A DNA stretch of 64,000 nt, taken from contig OZ245842.1 in assembly GCA_965228895.1 (NCBI GenBank), forward strand, positions 1,344,001 through 1,408,000. Direction: 5' to 3'. Position 1 is the first letter of the stretch. Every line of letters starts with the position of its first letter. Both the position numbers and the translations under genes were made by a program. Positions 10,901 to 17,812 of the stretch are shown piece after piece. This DNA comes from Alphaproteobacteria bacterium (lineage in GTDB: Bacteria > Pseudomonadota > Alphaproteobacteria > SP197). The notes under the pieces are model-generated. The model did no database searches, was not told the DNA's origin, and saw only the letters and a program-made list of their open reading frames with translations.

Positions 10901-11081
10901 TGCCCACTGCCATCGTGGCCTAGCGGACTTTTACATGCGTCACAACGCGCCGCAGAAAGCCCATGCGGAGATTGATGCTGCACTGAGCTATTACGGCCGG
11001 CACGGCATGGACACCTGGTTGCGTTATGCGCGCATGGACCTGCAACTCGTCGGCGACCTTCGCGCCGAGCGCGTTCACTAG
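7905..11081 (+). CDS. Class III adenylate/guanylate cyclase domain + STAND-type P-loop ATPase + TPR repeats
   Basis: VTVIFADI and LGDGIMAVFGAP (two metal Asp), RIGISSG; LVGRQDEL, Walker A SDAGVGKS, Walker B VIVLEDVHWAD, GVPFFIVE; helical TPR-like C-terminal part. Confidence 0.9.
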   Translation: MNVVDRQSEHLLPVMNGERKVVTVIFADIVRSSELVAGHDPEDANDHLLPILQAMIDAVHRFGGTVNQILGDGIMAVFGAPMAQEDHALRACLAAQVMQMMATHALRNSVCDALRNHRIRIGISSGDVVAQTLKGDFHTEYRIVGETVYRASRLENAATPGSIFVCRDTVRLSRGAVDAEAVGAVTLSTEARAIEAMRLKAVATSHNLSDHTAETGAPALVGRQDELADLRNCLAETATGSGTSIVVTSDAGVGKSRIIRELVDDLSERDYRVVECELHPTGLARPSGTITRVLRGVLGLLADDREALEFRLDQIDLRDPILRVALLDVLGHPVEHPGWVESSPSEKLRLTVDAATSVIIDVARDKPVVIVLEDVHWADTQSRAFAKELSGRVSDAAVLMLATSRIWSEPVWSEWPGVRELRLESLMPDQTERLLDRMLGVRKELAHLKQRLVDMTQGVPFFIVECVRSLKETGALQGQFGSYRLMVPMTEISIPATVHGLLAARIDTLPAADRYVLLCAAVVGQSFDVGLLQEITGRKSQDILMQLNRLQAAGFVNRTRIVPNLEFSFQHALTHDVAYETLLKSLRRDLHGLLMNALEHRRSDQMPGRIELLAHHAFRAQDWPKSVVYSRLAGREMLTASRNAEAGQCFEQGLSSLDQLEDTSRNAERRVDFHIELIQAYFPLGQGDRVKTHIDRAEEIAEKLSDYRRLGHLASYKSLYLWSVGKVARAISTGKSALGLARKRGDRDLEIHVAGRLGALLVDRGDFDAACALLERAISLIPPEMNHRRFGLLPVASVTTLASLSRGLAELGDFKKALQYGDQAIQIADEVGHGFSQIYANLWVGNALIKKGDFERSIPPLERCLALCEKTELDLLYPRSKSSLGYAYMHVGRNDEASALLTEAIDDAGNGPTRWNNAQQLAWYAEFLLRNGNVEEASKCAVQALELAVESGEKASEAWSLLLLGQVQNSLCAQPEPTAHRYLTKAWDMAVAHRMGPLAAHCHRGLADFYMRHNAPQKAHAEIDAALSYYGRHGMDTWLRYARMDLQLVGDLRAERVH

Positions 11082-11297
11082 ACCGGGCAATCCGGCATTG
11101 CCGGGGGCCTGATCGGACGGTTTTCTCCTTTTTAGTGTGATTCGCTTGCGCGTTGCTCGTAACGCGTGCTGCTGGCTGCACGCCGTCGCTGATCGAGGAC
11201 GGTGCTTCCCGACGCCGACTTCCCGATGGCATCGATGCGCCATCAGGCGCGCAACGCCTAAGCTTTTCTGAAATTATTCGAACTTGAACCTGGTCGA

Positions 11298-11313
11298 TGT
11301 GAACCAATTCACA
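11298..11313. promoter_or_regulatory. CRP/FNR-family operator, perfect TGTGA-N6-TCACA
   Basis: TGTGAACCAATTCACA, 71 bp upstream of the precursor ATG; centre 11305.5 equals -41.5 if TGnTAGCCC (11332-11340) is the extended -10. Confidence 0.75.
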
Positions 11314-11384
11314 GACGGCCAAGACCCCCGTTGGTAGCCCTGATCTTGTCTGTGGCTTGGCAGAAAGTGATCAGGAGGTTGCTA

Positions 11385-12185
11385 ATGGCAACTACGCTTA
11401 GTGAGGGCACACTGCTGCGTGGCCCTGATGGTATCCTGTACCGTGTCCATGCTGGACACGCGATGGAGGTCCACGAGCCCCGTGCTGGTGAAACTTCCGA
11501 TGTTACCTTCAACAGTGAGGAACGCGAATGGTCTGCAGCGGACCATGCCTCGTCCCGCCTAGCGATCGACCCGGGCGACAGTGCGTCGTCGCGTTTGGCG
11601 ATTGATCCGGGTGACCATGCGTCGTCCCGTCTGGCTATCGAACCGTCGGAAGACTATTCGATGGCCGCCGGCGACAGCGCATCGTCGCGTCTCGCGATCG
11701 ATCCGGGCGATCATGCATCGTCGCGCTTGGCGATTGATCCGGGTGACCATGCGTCGTCCCGTCTGGCTATCGAACCGTCGGAAGACTATTCGATGGCCGC
11801 CGGCGACAGCGCATCGTCGCGTCTCGCGATCGATCCGGGCGATCATGCATCGTCGCGCTTGGCGATTGATCCGGGTGACTATGCGTCGTCCCGTCTGGCT
11901 ATCGAACCGTCGGAAGACTATTCGATGGCCGCCGGCGACAGCGCATCGTCGCGTCTCGCGATCGATCCGGGCGATCATGCATCGTCGCGCTTGGCGATTG
12001 ATCCGGGTGACTATGCGTCGTCCCGTCTGGCTATCGAACCGTCGGAAGACTATTCGATGGCCGCCGGCGACAGCGCGTCGTCGCGTCTCGCGATCGATCC
12101 GGGCGATCATGCATCGTCGCGTTTGGCGATTGATCCAGGTGACCATGCCTCGTCGCGTCTGGCCATCGAGCCTGGCCAGATCTGA
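11385..12185 (+). CDS. Putative multi-core RiPP (thioamitide) precursor, 266 aa: 52-aa leader plus 15 core repeats
   Basis: AGGAGG at 11373-11378 before ATG 11385; repeats vary mostly at synonymous positions in this frame; directly upstream of ycaO-tfuA. Confidence 0.85.
   Translation: MATTLSEGTLLRGPDGILYRVHAGHAMEVHEPRAGETSDVTFNSEEREWSAADHASSRLAIDPGDSASSRLAIDPGDHASSRLAIEPSEDYSMAAGDSASSRLAIDPGDHASSRLAIDPGDHASSRLAIEPSEDYSMAAGDSASSRLAIDPGDHASSRLAIDPGDYASSRLAIEPSEDYSMAAGDSASSRLAIDPGDHASSRLAIDPGDYASSRLAIEPSEDYSMAAGDSASSRLAIDPGDHASSRLAIDPGDHASSRLAIEPGQI
11541..12176 (+). repeat. Hierarchical coding tandem repeat: ~36-bp units (x15) inside a 132-bp period
   Basis: Spacer TCGGAAGACTATTCGATGGCCGCCGGC recurs at 11646, 11778, 11910 and 12042. 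Confidence 0.97.
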
Positions 12186-12350
12186 GGTAGGCTGACGTGA
12201 ACGCCGCCGGTCATGTGGGTGGTAACAACGTGTGGGCAGGCGCCGTGGTCTTGTTGAGCCCGGTGTATCAAGCCCGCCAGTCCGTCCATGTGCCGGCGGC
12301 GTTCTTTGAGTCATGCAAAACCGACAAGCCGAGAGAACTTGAGAGCTTTT

Positions 12351-13628
12351 ATGCGCGCATCAAATTCGATGCTGGCGGCCGCCCCAGGCAACCCGCTGGC
12401 AGGTATCGCATCGGTCCAGAAGGCATACGATGCCGGCACGCACCGGCTGATTGCACCACAGGAAACCGTCGAACGCATCAAACCCTTGATGCCGGTGATG
12501 GGGATAACACGTATAGCCAACGTTACAGGACTGGATACTATTGGTATTCCGGTAGTAATGGTGAGCCGACCAAATTCCAGGTCGATTTCGGTGGCACAGG
12601 GCAAGGGCGCATCACTTGACGCGGCAAAGGCATCCGGTCTGATGGAATCAGTTGAGAGCTACCACGCCGAGCGCATCTCTCTGCCCCTTATGTTGGGTAG
12701 CTACGAGGACATTCGCTACAACCACAACGTAGTCGATGTCGACCGGCTGCCACACCTGACGGACAGTCTCTACACACCAAATACCCAACTCTTGTGGATA
12801 GAGGGACGCGATCTGATATCCGATCAGGGGGTATGGGTACCCTATGAGATGGTCCACCTGGACTATACGCTCCCGCTGCCCACCGGGCACGGGTGCTTCG
12901 TGCCCAGTTCCAACGGTTTGGCGTCGGGCAACCATCTGTTCGAGGCCATCTCGCACGGGATCTCTGAGGTCGTCGAACGCGACGCCGTCACCTTGTGGCA
13001 TCTGCTCGACTCTGAAGAACAGGAGCGCACGCGTGTCAATCTGGACACGGTCGATGATCCCGTTTGTCGCGAGTTGCTGGAGAAGTACGCCGATGCCGGC
13101 GTGTTGGTCGCGGTATGGGAGGTCACATCGGACATCGGCATGCCCGCCTTCCTGTGCCGCATCCTTCAGGAAGCACCGCCACCCTATAACGATTACCGGC
13201 CGGCCAGTGGCATGGGCTGTCACCCGGCGCGCCATATCGCTTTGTCGCGTGCCCTAACCGAAGCGGCGCAGAGCCGACTGACATTCATCTCCGGCGCCCG
13301 CGATGATCTCTGGCGTTCGGACTATGACAGTTTCCTGGACCCCGAAACCCACAAGATATGGCTGTCCTACATGGAGTCGACCTGGGAAGGCCGTAACTTC
13401 CAGGACATGCCGACGTTTATCGGCGGTTCGTTTGAAGAGGATATCTCCTGGGAGGTCGACCGGCTTGTCGACGTCGGCGTGACGCAGGTCGTCGCGGTTG
13501 ATCTGACAAAGTCGGAGTTCGGCATCCCTGTCGTGCGGGTGATCATCCCGGGTCTGGAGGGTATGGACCATTCACCGAAGTATGTACCCGGCGAGCGGGC
13601 CCGCAAGTTGCTGAAGAGGCGCACATGA
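12351..13628 (+). CDS. ycaO: YcaO-family ATP-dependent backbone-modifying enzyme, TfuA-associated type (start 12351 or 12369)
   Basis: GTHR...P.ET, GITRIANVTGLD.IGIP, QGKG....AKASGLMESVE, SNGLASGN..EVVERD, ALTEAAQSR, IPVVRVIIPGLE; no Pro-rich PxP C-terminus. Confidence 0.95.
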   Translation: MRASNSMLAAAPGNPLAGIASVQKAYDAGTHRLIAPQETVERIKPLMPVMGITRIANVTGLDTIGIPVVMVSRPNSRSISVAQGKGASLDAAKASGLMESVESYHAERISLPLMLGSYEDIRYNHNVVDVDRLPHLTDSLYTPNTQLLWIEGRDLISDQGVWVPYEMVHLDYTLPLPTGHGCFVPSSNGLASGNHLFEAISHGISEVVERDAVTLWHLLDSEEQERTRVNLDTVDDPVCRELLEKYADAGVLVAVWEVTSDIGMPAFLCRILQEAPPPYNDYRPASGMGCHPARHIALSRALTEAAQSRLTFISGARDDLWRSDYDSFLDPETHKIWLSYMESTWEGRNFQDMPTFIGGSFEEDISWEVDRLVDVGVTQVVAVDLTKSEFGIPVVRVIIPGLEGMDHSPKYVPGERARKLLKRRT

Positions 13629-14368
13629 GCGTGTACGTTTTCATCGGGCCTTCGATCACCTTGGAGGACGCCCGCAAGGAGATCAAAGCGACGTTCATGC
13701 CGCCGGTGTCCGAGGGCGACATCACGCGTTTGGTCGCGAACGAAAAACCGCGCGCTATCGGTATCATTGACGGCTATTTCGAGAACGTTCCCAGTGTCTG
13801 GCACAAGGAAATCCTGTTCGCGATGACCCATGGCGTCCACGTCTATGGCGCCTCCAGCATGGGCGCCCTTCGGGCGGCGGAACTCTATCCGTTCGGCATG
13901 GAAGGCGTCGGCGCCGTCTTCGAGGCCTATCGTGACGGCCTGATCGAAGACGATGACGAGGTGGCCGTCATCCACGGTCCCGCTGAACTCGGCTACCCCG
14001 CGCTGTCGGAAGCCATGGTCAACATTCGCCGCACGCTCTCGGATGCCCTGCACCATCATGTGATCGGCCAGGCCACCTATCAGCGCCTGGAGGAACTGGC
14101 CAAGACGCTGTCCTATAAGGATCGCAGCTACGCCAACCTGTTCGAGCTGGCGCGTGAGTACGCCATCGACCGTCGTGAAGTCGACGCCTTTGCCTTCTGG
14201 CTGCAGACCGGACGGGCGGACCAAAAGCGCGATGATGCGCTATTGCTGTTGCGCACGATGCGCCATCAGCTGAAGGCTGATACGCCGCCGAAAGACGTGC
14301 GTTATCACTTCGAATACACGACCTTGTGGGACAGAGCCATCCGTACCGCTGCCCAAGACACCACCTAG
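13625..14368 (+). CDS. tfuA: TfuA-like protein (YcaO partner for thioamide formation)
   Basis: VFIGPS, PPV..GDI, IIDGYF..VPSVWHKEI, GASSMGALRAAEL, DDDEVAV.HGP; ATGA overlap with the ycaO stop. Confidence 0.95.
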   Translation: MSVYVFIGPSITLEDARKEIKATFMPPVSEGDITRLVANEKPRAIGIIDGYFENVPSVWHKEILFAMTHGVHVYGASSMGALRAAELYPFGMEGVGAVFEAYRDGLIEDDDEVAVIHGPAELGYPALSEAMVNIRRTLSDALHHHVIGQATYQRLEELAKTLSYKDRSYANLFELAREYAIDRREVDAFAFWLQTGRADQKRDDALLLLRTMRHQLKADTPPKDVRYHFEYTTLWDRAIRTAAQDTT

Positions 14369-14586
14369 AATCCCCAACACCCGCGTTGGCCATTGACCGA
14401 CCGCTGCGTTTCACGGACTCGCATAGGCCGGTGCAATGCATGTCCTATCTAAATTGCCGGTGCGTCTGTCTGCATCCGGTTGTGCTTGTTCGTTGGCAGG
14501 CGCCATGACACTCTGAAAATGCGGTACATGGGGGGACGGTCAGCGGACCACGGCGTGGTCTAAGAGACGATCGTGCATCCCCGGCG

Positions 14587-15321
14587 GTGGATGTGGACGA
14601 CGGCGTGACTGATCGTGTGACGACGAGAGTTGATCTCGATGCGCTCCGGCGCAACGAGCTGCTTGGCCAGCTCGAGCCCGACGAGATGGACGAATTTTTG
14701 GGACTGGCCAGCATTCAGACCTATCCCGCCGACCGTTTGATCTTTCAGAAGGCCGATCCTGGCGACCGTCTGTTCGCAATCGTCAGTGGGCGGGTCGGGA
14801 TTACGACGGAATCGGAGTCCGGAAAGTCCATTCTTCTGAACATGCTGAAGGCGGGTGACGTGCTTGGCGAAATTGCATTGTTGGATGGCAAGCCACGCAC
14901 CGCCAACGCGGTTGCCTTGGACGACAGCGAACTCCTCTGTGTCGAACGCTCGGATTTTCTGGCGTTCCTGGAGCGCCACCCCCGTCTTGCCATTCGGCTG
15001 ATGGGTGTTCTGTGCGACCGGTTGCGCTGGACCAGCGACATCATCGAGGACACGATGTTCCTGGACATTCCCCATCGTCTGGCGAAGCGGCTGATGGTTT
15101 TGAGCGATCAATACGGGAGAAAGACCGACGACGGCCTCTTGATCGATCTGCGCTTGTCCCAGGAGAGCTTGGGCCAGATGCTGGGCGCGACCAGAGAGAG
15201 TATCAACAAGGGGCTGAAGCTCCTGGAGCACAAAGGTCTGATCGAGAGCACCGGCGGCTATATCCGCGTTACCGATATGGACGCGCTGAGAGACTTCGGC
15301 GGCTTCGACGAGGCTGGCTGA
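14587..15321 (+). CDS. Crp/Fnr-family transcriptional regulator with cNMP-binding domain (start uncertain by ~10 codons)
   Basis: Phosphate-binding cassette LGEIALLDGKPRTANA; HTH LSQESLGQMLGATRESINKGL. Confidence 0.92.
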   Translation: MDVDDGVTDRVTTRVDLDALRRNELLGQLEPDEMDEFLGLASIQTYPADRLIFQKADPGDRLFAIVSGRVGITTESESGKSILLNMLKAGDVLGEIALLDGKPRTANAVALDDSELLCVERSDFLAFLERHPRLAIRLMGVLCDRLRWTSDIIEDTMFLDIPHRLAKRLMVLSDQYGRKTDDGLLIDLRLSQESLGQMLGATRESINKGLKLLEHKGLIESTGGYIRVTDMDALRDFGGFDEAG

Positions 15322-15344
15322 GAGCGGTGTCGGGGGCGTCAACG

Positions 15345-16106
15345 ATGACCGACAGCTTGGATCGTGAGATACGAGCGCTGCGTTCGCTGCTGGACGACAG
15401 CGCCGAAACCGTGATGTTTACCGGCGCCGGTATCAGCACCGAATCGGGTATTCCCGACTTCCGCAGCCCCGGTGGTATCTGGACCAAGTTCAAACCCATT
15501 CAGTTTGACGACTTCATGGCATCCGAAGACGCGCGCCGCGAATACTGGCGGCGGCACTTCGACCTGCGCGGTGAACTCGGCAGCGCCGAACCGAACCGTG
15601 GCCACCGCGCCGTCGCCCATCTCGTGCGCCAGGGCAAGGTCAGCCATGTGATTACCCAGAACATCGACGGGTTGCACCAGCTATCCGGCGTGCCGGAAAG
15701 CAAGGTGGTCGAACTGCACGGCAACGCGACCTATGCAGAGTGTCTGGACTGCGCGGAGTCCTATGAGCTCGATCATGTCCGTGCTGTGTTCGAGCCGGAC
15801 GAGACCTTGCCGATGTGCGAGATCTGCGGTGGCATCGTGAAGCTCGCGACGATTTCTTTCGGTCAGGCGATGCCGGAAGGTCAAATGGCGAGGGCGGAGC
15901 ATGCCACGCTGTCGGCCGACCTCTTCATCGTCCTCGGCTCATCGCTCGTCGTGTTCCCGGCCGCAGGTTTCCCGATGCTTGCCAAGCGGAATGGGGCGGC
16001 CCTGGTGATCGTCAACCGCGAAGCCACCGACCTCGACGAAATCGCCGACCTCGTCATTCACGGCGAGATTGGACCCACCATGGGCGCGACAACGGGCGTC
16101 AACTAG
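15345..16106 (+). CDS. Sir2-family NAD-dependent protein deacylase
   Basis: TGAGISTESGIPDFRS, TQNIDGLH, ELHGN, CLDC/CEIC zinc site, GSSL.VFPAA. Confidence 0.93.
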   Translation: MTDSLDREIRALRSLLDDSAETVMFTGAGISTESGIPDFRSPGGIWTKFKPIQFDDFMASEDARREYWRRHFDLRGELGSAEPNRGHRAVAHLVRQGKVSHVITQNIDGLHQLSGVPESKVVELHGNATYAECLDCAESYELDHVRAVFEPDETLPMCEICGGIVKLATISFGQAMPEGQMARAEHATLSADLFIVLGSSLVVFPAAGFPMLAKRNGAALVIVNREATDLDEIADLVIHGEIGPTMGATTGVN

Positions 16107-16122
16107 GGGCCGTGGACACGCT

Positions 16123-16926
16123 TTAGAGGCGGTCCAGATCGCCGCCAAACTCCATCTCCGGAAAGATGCCGCCTTGCAGGGCATGCGCGACGTCACCGCC
16201 AGGCTCCGGTGGGTCCGCGGCTAACAGGCGTTCGGCGTAATCCTCGGCGTTGTCCTGAGGATCGTACCCCAGCTCGAACGCGCGCCGATTATCCCACCAC
16301 GCCCGCGTGTTACGCGAAATGCCATAGACGATCGCCAAGCCCAGATGCGGGGTCTCAAGGCCGGTCGTTACCAGACGCGCCATGTCGCCATAGCTCATCC
16401 AGGTTGCGAGTTGCCGGGCGTCCTGCGGCTCCGGCTGGAACGAACCGATCCGCATCGCCATGACGTCGAACTGGTGCTTATCGACATAAAGACTCGCAAG
16501 ATCTTCACCGAAAGCCTTGGAGAGTCCGTAACGGGTGTCCGGGCGCTGAGATACCCGTTCGTCAATCGGTTGATCACGGCGATAGAAACCGATGGCGTGG
16601 TTGGAACTGGCGAAGACGATCCGGCGTGCGCCGGCTTGACGCGCGGCCTCAAAGACGTTGTAGGTGCCCATGATGTTCGCAGGCAGAATCTTGTCCCAGG
16701 TATCCTCGCCGGGAATAGCGCCCAGATGGATCACCGCATCCATACCGTCCATCGCGGCTTGCACATCGTCCATATCGGCTAGTTCCGCTCTGACGAACTC
16801 TTCGCCTGGTCCAGTCGACGCGATATCAACCATGTCGCTCAGTCGAAGCAGGTCATAGCGCCCTGCCAGCTTCTTGCGCAAGACGCCGCCTATATGGCCC
16901 GCCGCGCCCGTCATCAGCACCCGCAT
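16123..16926 (-). CDS. NAD-dependent epimerase/dehydratase family, uronate-dehydrogenase-like
   Basis: TGAAGHIG, FASSNHAIGFY, RPDTRYGLSKAFGE, RIGSF. Confidence 0.82.
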   Translation of the reverse strand: MRVLMTGAAGHIGGVLRKKLAGRYDLLRLSDMVDIASTGPGEEFVRAELADMDDVQAAMDGMDAVIHLGAIPGEDTWDKILPANIMGTYNVFEAARQAGARRIVFASSNHAIGFYRRDQPIDERVSQRPDTRYGLSKAFGEDLASLYVDKHQFDVMAMRIGSFQPEPQDARQLATWMSYGDMARLVTTGLETPHLGLAIVYGISRNTRAWWDNRRAFELGYDPQDNAEDYAERLLAADPPEPGGDVAHALQGGIFPEMEFGGDLDRL

Positions 16927-17078
16927 GGTCGTTCTATCCGGATCGGTTGATGAATGTGGCCGCATCATGATGGTTGGTACGGTGGAAAGATAGTCTGTGC
17001 ATCGCATTGGGCTGCTGATCTCAGCCGAAAACGGTATGCTTGGCGCGCACATTTTGCAGGTACCCAGGGAGATCGCAG

Positions 17079-17804
17079 GTGGCCGAGAACGCAAAGGCTG
17101 GGACACGACCCAAGGTAACCGCCCGGATTCGGCGCCATCTGCTGACCGGGCTGCTGACGGCCATTCCCCTGATGGTGACGTGGTTCGTGTTGGCGTTTCT
17201 GTTTCGCCTGCTGTCGCAGATCGGCGAGCCCTTGGTCGCCGGTCTGGCGCGCACCGTTCGCCGGGTCAACCCGGATATTGCCGACTTCCTGCTGGAGCCG
17301 TGGCTGGTGCCGGCGCTCTCGGTCTTGATGGTGATTGTGCTGCTCTACCTGCTCGGTGTGCTCGCCAGCCTGGTCGTCGGAAGGCGCCTGATCGGTGCGT
17401 TCGACATGTTCATGCAGCGCATTCCGCTGGTCCAAACCATCTACGGCGCGGTGAGCCAACTGCTTGGCGCCCTAAAACAAAAACCGGACGGCGTGCAGCG
17501 GGTCGTCCTCATCGATTTCCCGTCGCCGGAAATGAAGGCGGTCGGTTTTGTTACCAAGACGTTGAAGGATGCGGATACCGGAGACGAATTGGCCGCCGTC
17601 TACGTGCCGACCACGCCCAATCCGACCAGCGGTTATCTCGAGATCGTACCGGTCGATCGCGTCGTCTCGACGACATGGACATTCGACGAGGCGATGACGT
17701 TTATTGTCTCGGGCGGTGCGGTCTCAAAGGAGACCATGAACTATTCCAAGAGCGCCGAACCGCTGGAAGAGCCCACTGCCGCGGACGAGGAGGAAGCGCG
17801 GTAG
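17079..17804 (+). CDS. DUF502-family membrane protein
   Basis: LTGLL..IPL.VT, RIPLV.TIY, VYVPTTPNPTSGYL; GTG after GGGAG. Confidence 0.88.
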   Translation: MAENAKAGTRPKVTARIRRHLLTGLLTAIPLMVTWFVLAFLFRLLSQIGEPLVAGLARTVRRVNPDIADFLLEPWLVPALSVLMVIVLLYLLGVLASLVVGRRLIGAFDMFMQRIPLVQTIYGAVSQLLGALKQKPDGVQRVVLIDFPSPEMKAVGFVTKTLKDADTGDELAAVYVPTTPNPTSGYLEIVPVDRVVSTTWTFDEAMTFIVSGGAVSKETMNYSKSAEPLEEPTAADEEEAR

Positions 17805-17812
17805 GACCGAAC

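Noticed and set aside
11331-11384. Track's TTG start for the precursor
   Set aside because: AGGAGG precedes ATG 11385, and the extension overlaps the inferred promoter.
11541-12176. CRISPR array
   Set aside because: There are no unique spacers, periods are multiples of three, variation is mostly synonymous in one frame, and no cas genes are present. It is a coding repeat.
11559-12314. Alternative repeat ORFs (11559-12314 minus; 11581-12195 plus)
   Set aside because: These are shadow frames kept open by repetition. Their amino acids vary where the precursor frame is silent, and they lack an RBS.
11385-13628. Graspetide or azole/azoline (LAP, cyanobactin) interpretation of the Ser- and Asp/Glu-rich cores
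   Set aside because: The window has no ATP-grasp ligase, E1-like partner or azoline dehydrogenase beside the locus. YcaO lacks the PxP tail and is coupled to TfuA. Modification by enzymes encoded elsewhere cannot be excluded.
7600-15330. Genomic island boundaries around the RiPP locus
   Set aside because: Codon usage looks somewhat more AT-rich by eye, but I found no integrase, tRNA or flanking direct repeat and could not compute composition.
15012-15344. N-terminal extension fusing the sirtuin ORF over crp
   Set aside because: It is an Arg-rich off-frame overlap with crp. The sirtuin fold begins after ATG 15345.
7905-16106. Anti-phage system (Pycsar or Avs with SIR2 effector)
   Set aside because: The cNMP receptor is an HTH transcription factor, not a TM or TIR effector. 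The sirtuin is a standard zinc-binding deacylase and may simply be a neighbour.
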